Positions 1-8,997 of a stretch of 26,923 bases of DNA are shown here, piece by piece. The notes below the pieces were generated by a model. It was not told where the DNA came from. It was given only the letters and a program-made list of their open reading frames with translations, and made no database searches. Origin of the DNA: Octopus sinensis (Eukaryota); the NCBI RefSeq assembly GCF_006345805.1, contig NW_021836663.1:1-26923 (forward strand). The letters run 5' to 3'. The first letter of the stretch is position 1. Each line of letters starts with the position of its first letter. The position numbers were made by a program, and so were the translations under genes.

Positions 1-1062
1 AAAAATTGCTATTGATCTCGTGCAGGATACCCAAACTGAACAACCCGAGGGAAGTACGGCGACTATTGTTGCAAAGAAGGTGAAAATGATGGTAATGAAA
101 AAAAGCGCACGAGCAATTGGCTGATAGGCAGGAGGAGAAACCTCTGCACGGCAAATATGTGACCCGCAGCAAACAAGCTGATGTTGACCAGAAGCAAACC
201 CATCAGTGGCTATGGAGCTCAGGGCTAAAAGCAGAGAGCGAAGGTTTCATCCTGGCTGCTCAAGATCAAAGCCTATTAACCCGGAACTACCAGGCCAATG
301 TGATGAAAAATGGAGCAGACCCAAAATGCCGATTCTGCAACGACATGATTGAAACAGTGGACCACCTAATCTCTGGATGTAAAGTCTTAGCACCAGTGGA
401 GTATAAATTAAGACATGACAGAGTTGGCCAATATCTCCACTGGCTAATAAGTCGGCATTACAATATCAAAACTGCCGACAAGTGGTATAATCACCACCCT
501 GAGGCTGTAACTGAAGGAGAAAATGTAACCATTCTGTGGGACTTTCCAGTACATACAGACTGAACCATCAAGGCCAATAAACCAGATATTGTTGTGAAAG
601 ACCAAAACAATAAAGTTTGCTTATTGATCGACATGAGCATCCCCTGTGATCATAATATCTCAGCGAAAGAGTTTGACAAGCTCAGAAAATATAAAGACCT
701 ACTCATTGAAATTGAGAAAATATGGCATCTCAAGGCGGTTACAATACCAGTGATCGTAGGAGCACTAGGAATGATCAAGAAGGGAACCGAAAATTATATG
801 AGAATGATCCCTGGCTTACCATCCCTACAAGAAGTGCAAAAGATTGTCTTAACTGGTACATCACACGTATTGAGAAGAGCATTGTCGATGTGAGAACTGT
901 TGCTGCTCATGTATTTTAATTTAACTTAAAAAAAAAAAAAAAGAACGAACTACTGAGTTTGGTTTAATGGCCTACCAATGTATGCTATGAGTTTCTTTGC
1001 CCTAGGAGTCGGGAAGACACTCGGCAAGAAATGGAAGTAAATTTGAAAGAAGAAAAAAAAAG
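1..1062 (+). mobile_element. 3' portion of an RLE-type non-LTR retrotransposon (R4/Dong clade), 5' end outside window; 3' UTR about 894-1062
   Basis: Translation gives KPLHGKY, LKAESEGFILAAQDQ, a CCHC knuckle CRFCNDMIETVDHLISGC, an RHD motif and the restriction-like endonuclease motifs KPDIVVKD..LIDMSIP and KLRKYKDL. The element ends at a (TAA)n tract. Confidence 0.9.
2..893 (+). pseudogene. Disrupted C-terminal part of the retrotransposon ORF (post-RT linker, CCHC knuckle, RLE nuclease)
   Basis: Frameshift in the A-run near 98-104. The in-frame TGA at 561-563 reads TD*TIKANKPD where Arg is expected, consistent with CGA>TGA CpG decay. ORFs 117-563 and 594-893 are in the same frame. Confidence 0.88.
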
Positions 1063-1086
1063 TAATAATAATAATAATAATAATAA
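1063..1086 (+). repeat. (TAA)8 microsatellite
   Basis: Direct reading. Confidence 0.98.
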
Positions 1087-1087
1087 T

Positions 1088-1300
1088 AGTTTCAAATTTT
1101 GCCACAAGGGCAGCAATTTGGGGGAAGGGGATGAGTGAATTACATCGACCCCAGTGTGTAACTGGTATTTATTTTATTGATTCCTAAAGGATGAAAGGCA
1201 AAGTCGTCCTCAGTGGAATTTGAACTCAGAACGGAGAGACAGGCGAAATGACACTAAGCTTTTCGTCTGGCACGCTGACAATTCTGCCAGCTCAACACCC
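1088..1300 (-). mobile_element. tRNA-derived SINE (family A, diverged copy)
   Basis: Minus strand reads GAGCTGGCAGAATTGTCAGC (A box-like) and GAGTTCAAATTCC (B box-like). It shares its body with the copy at 8998-9233 and ends in an ATT tail. Confidence 0.82.
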
Positions 1301-1381
<81 letters not shown>

Positions 1382-1382
1382 C

Positions 1383-1430
<48 letters not shown>
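1301..1430 (+). repeat. Compound (TAA)16-(TGA)~27 microsatellite
   Basis: Direct reading; produces the spurious poly-N/poly-D and poly-I ORFs. Confidence 0.98.
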
Positions 1431-1431
<1 letters not shown>

Positions 1432-1597
1432 TATGCTGCCCCTGGTAAATGATGGACTGATCTGTTGACCATCCATTTTTTGTGTTTAAAAAGTCAGTCC
1501 CCCTTGTTAATGCTACGTAACCTTTCTAAATGATGGACTGATCTGAAGGGGGTCATTTAATCAGTTAGACATAATAGTCTTAAGATAATTGTGTGTG

Positions 1598-1825
1598 TTA
1601 ATCTTTTTCTTACCAGATTTCTGCTGAAATGCATTGCCTTTGTTTCAATACATTTTGGAAATAGTAAAGAATTCAATGAAATAATTTTGTCCTTACTAAG
1701 CTAGTGTTTGGAACACAAGTTTATTTGAAGCCTTGATGGAAGGTTTACTTTAGATCTCTTTAAAACAGGAATTCATACAATAAAAACAAGGGTGGTTTTC
1801 AGCAGGTTGGGATCAAAAGGGTTCA
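1598..1825. mobile_element. About 225 bp MITE, piggyBac-like (TTAA-type ends), copy 1
   Basis: Left end TTAA-TCTTTTTCTTACC and right end GGGATCAAAAGGG-TTCA form degenerate TIRs. It resembles an abundant octopus MITE as I recall it. Confidence 0.6.
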
Positions 1826-1892
1826 GCCTTATTGATATTACTATCTTTTATTAAAAACAAAAAATATATGTTTTCTTGTTCATCTTTTGCAG

Positions 1893-2060
1893 ATGAGGAA
1901 ACAAAAGGTTTTGAAGATGCTGGATCAGGAAAACTCATCTATGCCATAGTTATCACTTTTATACTTTGTCTTGAAAATATCCTTCTCATAATCTGCTGTG
2001 TCAGATACAAATGGCCTCCTTACATTTGGATCAAGACCCGTGTCATCAAGTGGATATCTT
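1893..2060 (+). CDS. Putative internal exon (phase 1-1, 168 nt) encoding the stalk, single TM helix and juxtamembrane tail of an unidentified type I membrane protein; upstream exons lie outside the window
   Basis: Polypyrimidine-TTGCAG acceptor at 1892 and TT|GTAAGA donor at 2061. Reads DEETKGFEDAGSGK-LIYAIVITFILCLENILLIICCV-RYKWPPYIWIKTRVIKWIS: acidic stalk, hydrophobic stretch, then basic residues (positive-inside). Confidence 0.62.
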
Positions 2061-2128
2061 GTAAGAAATACCAGAATCCACCGGTTGAAGTATAAAAATG
2101 CTATGTTTTTTTCTTTTTCTTCTTATAG

Positions 2129-2139
2129 ACTTACAATGA
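2129..2139 (+). CDS. Putative terminal coding mini-exon (Y-L-Q-stop) after a 68-nt intron 2061-2128
   Basis: Strong pyrimidine tract ending TTATAG at 2128 and a compatible phase (T+AC TTA CAA TGA). The acceptor and stop are retained at 4811-4821 and 7268-7278. Confidence 0.45.
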
Positions 2140-2262
2140 TTGCATTAACATATTCTGTTGTGTCTGGGGAGAGTCATTTTCTTTTTGTGCCTTATGATGT
2201 AACACGTTTGATGTAGTGGTTTAGTCTCATCTTTTCAAAAACCCTGCTCAAGTGGTGGCGGG

Positions 2263-2268
2263 AATAAA
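2263..2268 (+). promoter_or_regulatory. Candidate polyadenylation signal AATAAA for cassette 1
   Basis: Lies about 125 nt after the stop; the equivalent position in cassettes 2 and 3 reads AACAAA. Confidence 0.3.
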
Positions 2269-2439
2269 CACAAAGATACTCACACACATATATTTAGACC
2301 AGGGGCTTCCACACAGTTTCCACCTCAAGAAGATCACCCTCCGGGCAGTTTCCTACTTGTTGCTAATTGTTATCTACAAATTTCATTCCCAATTTGTGGC
2401 CATACTGGGGCACTGCCTAGAAGTAAGTTTTCGTTGTTG

Positions 2440-2580
2440 AAGCCTTGTACTTATTCTATTGATCTCTTTTGCGAAACTGCTAAGTTACAGGGACATAAAC
2501 TCACCAACACCTGTTGTCAAGTAGTGGGGAGGGAGGACAAACGCAGACACAAAGACCCCTTCCCACATACACACATATGT
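2440..2580 (-). mobile_element. Decayed SINE family B fragment (shorter remnants at about 4958-5035 and 7415-7495)
   Basis: Reverse complement matches TTTACGTC..TAGCTTAGCGGTTCGGCAAAAGA of the plus-strand copy at 9556-9698. Confidence 0.65.
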
Positions 2581-2879
2581 CTGTGATTATAATTTAATAC
2601 AATTCATTTTTATTATGGATATTCAGGTAATGCATGCACCATGACACATAGTAACCACCCAGGGACAATACCTGGGGCACATCTACGAATGAATGCTCCA
2701 ATGACTTTCACAAAAATCTATATTTTTTAAGGAAATTTTCTACAAATCCACTTCAGATGGTGTAGATTCTTTTTATACTCGAATTTGATGTGACAAAATT
2801 TTCTGACAAAAAATGTGATTTTTTTCTGAAAGCTATCTCTAACAAGTCAAGAAACCACATAATAGTTATGTTTGTGTTA

Positions 2880-3480
2880 ATCTCCATGGCAATAGCAATA
2901 TGTGAACAATGGATGATTTCGATTGGCTAAAATTACTTAACTTTAAGTGCATGTAACTTTTTTATTATTTGTTTTTAGAAATAATGAGTGTGGTTTTCAT
3001 TATCAGTATCCAAAACTACATCAGAACTATATTTTTTAAAAAGTAATCAGGTGAAAATTTGAAAGACTAAGTGGTAGAAAGATACTTGTTGAAAAAAAAA
3101 ACCTTATTGCTGTGTAAACAATCATAAATCCTTGTCAAAAATCGTACCTTATCAGGCTCGACCATTACCTGTGATGTAAACTAAATTCCTGTGAAGTTAG
3201 ACTGAAGTCATTTAATTAATAAGTAAAACTAAGATCATTTCTGCTTGGCTTTCACTTCAATATCTACAATTTTTGTTCCAATTGAGTTCATATTTGGCGT
3301 ATTGATACAGTTTTGTAAACTAATCAATGCCATGAAATTCATTTTCACCACAGATCGATGCATAAACAGTTAATGGCATTTAAAATTTGTGAATTTTTGA
3401 TAATTTTAGCCAATCAAAAACCACAGACATGTAGGTGCCTGTTTCCATAACAACAAGCCAAGTTGCTTACCACGTGTTTT
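2880..3480. mobile_element. Possible decayed non-autonomous DNA transposon interior (duplicated at +2456)
   Basis: Perfect 15-bp inverted repeat GATTGGCTAAAATTA (2921-2935) / TAATTTTAGCCAATC (3401-3415); no termini or TSD identified. Confidence 0.3.
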
Positions 3481-4217
3481 TTTTCTCACTTTTCAAATGC
3501 TTAAAACATATGCAGTATGAAGTGATCATCCGATGTGCTAAAAATAACAGCTAAATAGGTCTCAAATCATGCATTTTGTTTTGTGTTTGCATAACTGTAT
3601 GAATTTTTTTTTGTGTTTGCATAATTGTATGAATTCCTGTGTGTGGAATGCAAATTCACAAAAATTTTCTGAAGATTCCAAAAAATAAAAATAAAAATGT
3701 CTTAAGGGGTTTTATGGGATGCATAAAGCAGAATTCCAACAATAATTAATTTGTTTACAGTTCACAACATGTGCAGCCATGCACAAAATGACAGCTTCCA
3801 AATCCCGTTTTCTGACTGGGTAAAAATGATCAAACTTTAAAGCCCTGAAGCTTCTTTTAATATTTTTGTGGAAAAAGTGAATTATCTCCTAAGATTCAGC
3901 ATGAAAAATTACACCAATACACAAAATTTAATTACACAAGAATGTTAGGAAGCCTCATGCAGAGTTTGCATCTAATTTAATAAATAAGAAAGTTTCAGTT
4001 TCTGTTTGAATAACGAGGAAATTAATTATGCTTAAATAACGAGTAAATGTATATGCTGCCCCTGGTAAATGATGGACTGATCTGTTGACCATCCATTTTT
4101 TGTGTTTAAAAAGTCAGTCCCCCTTGTTAATGCTACATAACCTTTCTAAATGATGGACTGATCTGAAGGGGGTCATTTAATCAGTTAGACATAATAGTCT
4201 TAAGATAATTGTGTGTG

Positions 4218-4445
4218 TTAATCCTTTTCTTACCATATTTCTGTTGAAATGCATTGCCTTTGTTTCAATAAATTTTGGAAATAGTAAAGAATTCAATGAA
4301 ATAACCTTGTCCTTACTAAGCTAGTGTTTGGAACACAAGTTTATTTGAAGCCTTGATGGAAGGTTTACTTTAGATCTCTTTAAAACAGGGAATTCATACA
4401 ATAAAAACAAGGGTGGTTTTGAGCAGTTGGGATCAAAAGGGTTCA
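4218..4445. mobile_element. Same MITE, copy 2 (carried by the cassette duplication)
   Basis: TTAA-TCCTTTTCTTACCA ... TGGGATCAAAAGGG-TTCA; about 97% identical to copy 1. Confidence 0.6.
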
Positions 4446-4512
4446 GCCTTATTGATATTACTATCTTTTATTAAAAACAAAAAGTATATGTTTTCTTGTT
4501 CATCTTTTGCAG

Positions 4513-4810
4513 ATGAGGACGCTGGAAGCAGCAGATCAGCAAATGGATCAGAAACAGCAAAGCAGCAAATGGATCTGGAACCAGCAAAGCAGTTAATGGA
4601 TCAGGAACCAGCATCCCCACCTGCGCCGTAGTCATTATTTCTGTACTTGGTCTTGTAGCCATCCTTCTCTTAATCTTCTCTGTCATATTCAAGTGGCTTC
4701 TTTACATTTGGATCATGAACCGAGTCAACGAGTGGATATCTCCTAATGAATACCAGAATCCACCGGTTAATCATACAAATGCTATGTTTTTTAATTTTTT
4801 CTTCTTATAG
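4513..4810 (+). pseudogene. Paralogous TM exon, cassette 2: frameshifted relative to the phase-1 acceptor, donor lost
   Basis: Phase-1 frame gives DEDAGSSRSANGSETAKQQMDLEPAKQLMDQEPASPPAP*. The shifted frame gives ANGSGTSKAVNGSGTSIPTCAVVIISVLGLVAILLLIFSVIFKWLLYIWIMNRVNEWISPNEYQNPPVNH..., colinear with cassette 1. The first stalk repeat is 26 nt instead of 27 nt. Confidence 0.65.
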
Positions 4811-6673
4811 ACTTTCAATGATTGCATTAGCATATTCTGTTGTGTCTGGGGAGAGTCATTTTCTTTTTGTGCCTTATGATGTAACACATTTGATGTAGTG
4901 GTTTAGCATCATCTTTTCAAAAACCCTGCTCAAGTGGTGGGGCAACAAACACAAACCCACCAACACCTGTTGTCAAGTAGTGGGGAGGGAGGACAAACGC
5001 AGACACAAAGACCCCTTCCCACATACACACATATGTCTGTGATTATAATTTAATACAATTCATTTTTATTATGGATATTCAGGTAATGCATGCACCATGA
5101 CACATAGTAACCACCCAGGGACAATACCTGGGGCACATCTACGAATGAATGCTCCAATGACTTTCACAAAAATCTATATTTTTTAAGGAAATTTTCTACA
5201 AATCCACTTCAGATGGTGTAGATTCTTTTTATACTCGAATTTGATGTGACAAAATTTTCTGACAAAAAATGTGATTTTTTTCTGAAAGCTATCTCTAACA
5301 AGTCAAGAAACCACATAATAGTTATGTTTGTGTTAATCTCCATGGCAATAGCAATATGTGAACAATGGATGATTTCGATTGGCTAAAATTACTTAACTTT
5401 AAGTGCATGTAACTTTTTTATTATTTGTTTTTAGAAATAATGAGTGTGGTTTTCATTATCAGTATCCAAAACTACATCAGAACTATATTTTTTAAAAAGT
5501 AATCAGGTGAAAATTTGAAAGACTAAGTGGTAGAAAGATACTTGTTGAAAAAAAAAACCTTATTGCTGTGTAAACAATCATAAATCCTTGTCAAAAATCG
5601 TACCTTATCAGGCTCGACCATTACCTGTGATGTAAACTAAATTCCTGTGAAGTTAGACTGAAGTCATTTAATTAATAAGTAAAACTAAGATCATTTCTGC
5701 TTGGCTTTCACTTCAATATCTACAATTTTTGTTCCAATTGAGTTCATATTTGGCGTATTGATACAGTTTTGTAAACTAATCAATGCCATGAAATTCATTT
5801 TCACCACAGATCGATGCATAAACAGTTAATGGCATTTAAAATTTGTGAATTTTTGATAATTTTAGCCAATCAAAAACCACAGACATGTAGGTGCCTGTTT
5901 CCATAACAACAAGCCAAGTTGCTTACCACGTGTTTTTTTTCTCACTTTTCAAATGCTTAAAACATATGCAGTATGAAGTGATCATCCGATGTGCTAAAAA
6001 TAACAGCTAAATAGGTCTCAAATCATGCATTTTGTTTTGTGTTTGCATAACTGTATGAATTTTTTTTTGTGTTTGCATAATTGTATGAATTCCTGTGTGT
6101 GGAATGCAAATTCACAAAAATTTTCTGAAGATTCCAAAAAATAAAAATAAAAATGTCTTAAGGGGTTTTATGGGATGCATAAAGCAGAATTCCAACAATA
6201 ATTAATTTGTTTACAGTTCACAACATGTGCAGCCATGCACAAAATGACAGCTTCCAAATCCCGTTTTCTGACTGGGTAAAAATGATCAAACTTTAAAGCC
6301 CTGAAGCTTCTTTTAATATTTTTGTGGAAAAAGTGAATTATCTCCTAAGATTCAGCATGAAAAATTACACCAATACACAAAATTTAATTACACAAGAATG
6401 TTAGGAAGCCTCATGCAGAGTTTGCATCTAATTTAATAAATAAGAAAGTTTCAGTTTCTGTTTGAATAACGAGGAAATTAATTATGCTTAAATAACGAGT
6501 AAATGTATATGCTGCCCCTGGTAAATGATGGACTGATCTGTTGACCATCCATTTTTTGTGTTTAAAAAGTCAGTCCCCCTTGTTAATGCTACATAACCTT
6601 TCTAAATGATGGACTGATCTGAAGGGGGTCATTTAATCAGTTAGACATAATAGTCTTAAGATAATTGTGTGTG

Positions 6674-6902
6674 TTAATCCTTTTCTTACCATATTTCTGT
6701 TGAAATGCATTGCCTTTGTTTCAATAAATTTTGGAAATAGTAAAGAATTCAATGAAATAACCTTGTCCTTACTAAGCTAGTGTTTGGAACACAAGTTTAT
6801 TTGAAGCCTTGATGGAAGGTTTACTTTAGATCTCTTTAAAACAGGGAATTCATACAATAAAAACAAGGGTGGTTTTGAGCAGGTTGGGATCAAAAGGGTT
6901 CA
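6674..6902. mobile_element. Same MITE, copy 3
   Basis: Nearly identical to copy 2. Confidence 0.6.
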
Positions 6903-6969
6903 GCCTTATTGATATTACTATCTTTTATTAAAAACAAAAAGTATATGTTTTCTTGTTCATCTTTTGCAG

Positions 6970-7267
6970 ATGAGGACGCTGGAAGCAGCAGATCAGCAAA
7001 TGGATCAGAAACAGCAAAGCAGCAAATGGATCTGGAACCAGCAAAGCAGTTAATGGATCAGGAACCAGCATCCCCACCTGCGCCGTAGTCATTATTTCTG
7101 TACTTGGTCTTGTAGCCATCCTTCTCTTAATCTTCTCTGTCATATTCAAGTGGCTTCTTTACATTTGGATCATGAACCGAGTCAACGAGTGGATATCTCC
7201 TAATGAATACCAGAATCCACCGGTTAATCATACAAATGCTATGTTTTTTTATTTTTTCTTCTTATAG
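6970..7267 (+). pseudogene. Paralogous TM exon, cassette 3 (essentially identical to cassette 2)
   Basis: Same sequence and same frameshift at offset +2457. Confidence 0.65.
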
Positions 7268-7955
7268 ACTTTCAATGATTGCATTAGCATATTCTGTTGT
7301 GTCTGGGGAGAGTCATTTTCTTTTTGTGCCTTATGATGTAACACATTTGATGTAGTGGTTTAGCATCATCTTTTCAAAAACCCTGCTCAAGTGGTGGGGC
7401 AACAAACACAAACCCACCAACACCGGTTGTCAAGTAGTGGGGAGGGAGGACAAACACAGACACAAAGACCCCTTCCCCCATACACACATATGTCTGTGAT
7501 TATAATTTAATGCAACTCATTTTTATTATGGATGTTCAGATAATGCATGCACCATGACATATAGTAACCACCCAGGGGCAATACCTGGGGCACATCTACA
7601 CATGAATGCTCCAATGACTTGCCTCATGACTTTCACAAAAATCTATATTTTTTAAGGAAATTTTCTACAAATCCACTTCAGATGGTGTAGATTCTTTTTA
7701 TACTGGAATTTGATGTGACAAAATTTTCTGCCAAAAAATGGGATTTGTGTTAGTACGTATCCCACCAATTTATTTTTTCATATTAAATTCTGATATAATT
7801 ACAATCTACAAACTCTGAAAGGAAGAAATTTTCACTTTTCTGAAATCTATGAAGAGACAAAGTCAGTGGAGCATATCTGTGTGTGTGTGTGTGCTTATTG
7901 CTTTAATCTAAATATCTTCAATTATAATTTTAAAGACTACACTTTTATTATTATT

Positions 7956-8150
7956 ATTGCCTTTGTTTCAATACATTTTGGAAATAGTAAAGAATTCAAT
8001 GAAATAACCTCGCCCTTACTAAGCTAGTGTTTGGAACACAAGTTTATTTGAAGCCTTGATGGAAGGTTTTTCTTTAGATCTCTTTAAAACAGGGAATTCA
8101 TACAATAAAAACAAAGGCAGTTTTGAGCAGGTTGGGATCAAAAGGGTTCA
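7956..8150. mobile_element. Same MITE, copy 4, left end missing
   Basis: Homology starts at ATTGCCTTTGTTTCAATAC and ends at AAAAGGGTTCA. Confidence 0.58.
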
Positions 8151-8217
8151 GCCTTATTGATATTACTATCTTTTATTAAAAACAAAAAGTATATGTTTTC
8201 TTGTTCATCTTTTGCAG

Positions 8218-8375
8218 ATGAGGAAACAACAAGATTTGGATCTAATGTATCCAGATGTATCCTACTTACTACAGATAGCGAAACAACATTTAAGAAGTTG
8301 ATTATCCGAGTGGGATCACTGCCAGAGCAGCTGTCTGGCTTCCGTTCCGGTGGGCATGTGAAAAGCACCATTTGA
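8218..8375 (+). other. Cassette 4 payload: same acceptor, starts DEETT like cassette 1, then unrelated non-TM sequence running into a repeat
   Basis: TTTGCAG|ATGAGGAAACAA, then DEETTRFGSNVSRCILLTTDSETTFKKLIIRVGSLPEQLSGFRSGGHVKSTI*. Sequence after about 8351 looks repeat-derived. Confidence 0.4.
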
Positions 8376-8545
8376 GCGTGATCATTACCAGCGTCGCCTT
8401 ACTGGCATGTGAACAAAACATCCTAGCGAGGTCGTTGCCAGTGCCGCTGGACTGACTCCTGTGCACGTGGCACATAAAGAAAAAAAACCATTCTGTGAAT
8501 TCCATTTTTCAACATTGGCCAACCTTGTTATAGACCTTCACAGAT

Positions 8546-8715
8546 TTCCATGCTGGCATGGGGCTGGACGCTTTGACCAGAGGTCATCAGCTGAGAAGCT
8601 GCACCGGGTCCCTGTCTGATTCAGCTTCATTTCTATGGCTGGATGACCTTTCTAATGCCAACCACTCCTGAGAGCGTCCTAGGTGCTACTGGTAGGTGGG
8701 TTTTACCACATGGCA
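8546..8715 (-). mobile_element. Decayed RTE-type 3' tail repeat
   Basis: Minus strand reads GTGGTTGGCATTAGAAAGGTCATCCAGC ... TGCCAGCATGGAAA, homologous to GTGGTTGACATTAGGAAGGGCATC at about 9390-9413. The family assignment is from memory of octopus repeats. Confidence 0.55.
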
Positions 8716-8879
8716 GAAGAACAAGCCAACCCTCTCCACTAGAGTGTGTTTCTTTAACACTCAGGCTGTGGTGGTTGGGTCTCCTTCAGTACAGGTCCCC
8801 TTCAGTACTGGTTGGCTATAATTTTAGAAACCCTGAAATTCATATTCAGGAAATATTCTTTTCTCTAAGCACAAAACCC

Positions 8880-8995
8880 GAAATTTTGGGAGAGGGGATC
8901 AGTCGCTTAGGTCGAACCCAGTATGCAACTGCTACTTAATTTATTGACCCTGAGGGGCCGAAAGGCAAAGTTAACCTCAGAATGTAAAGACAGAA
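8880..8995 (-). mobile_element. Degenerate partial SINE family A body
   Basis: Matches the GTCGA..CCCAGT..AACTGGTACTT..GACCC..GAAAGGCAAAG core of the adjacent full copy. Confidence 0.6.
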
Positions 8996-8997
8996 AT

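Larger units (their letters stand above)
2502..7414 (+). repeat. Near-perfect tandem duplication, 2 x about 2456 bp (2502-4957 / 4958-7414)
   Basis: Landmarks recur at offsets of 2456-2457 (ORFs 4471-4692 and 6928-7149 are identical). I saw only a few differences, such as GAGCAGTTGG vs GAGCAGGTTGG. Confidence 0.95.
1432..8230 (+). repeat. Array of four homologous exon cassettes (starts about 1432, 4052, 6508; partial fourth 7956-8230)
   Basis: TATGCTGCCCCTGGTAAATG occurs at 1432, 4052 and 6508. The acceptor TTTTCTTGTTCATCTTTTGCAG|ATGAGG precedes 1893, 4513, 6970 and 8218. Confidence 0.95.

Noticed and set aside
1248-1472. Poly-N/poly-D and poly-I ORFs
   Set aside because: Translations of the (TAA)n(TGA)n tract.
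2658-2676. Hairpin CCCAGG-GACAATA-CCTGGG
   Set aside because: A 6-bp stem is expected by chance; it recurs only through the duplication.
3581-3636. 30-bp tandem pair TTGTGTTTGCATAA(C/T)TGTATGAATT
   Set aside because: Ordinary local duplication with no further structure.
4471-4692. Minus-strand 73-aa ORF duplicated at 6928-7149
   Set aside because: It is the antisense shadow of the plus-strand TM exon; splice signals and the TM pattern support the plus strand.
1432-7414. CRISPR-like repeat/variable-spacer reading of the cassette array
   Set aside because: Units are kilobase-scale eukaryotic intron/exon duplications; there are no short repeats with unique spacers and no cas genes.
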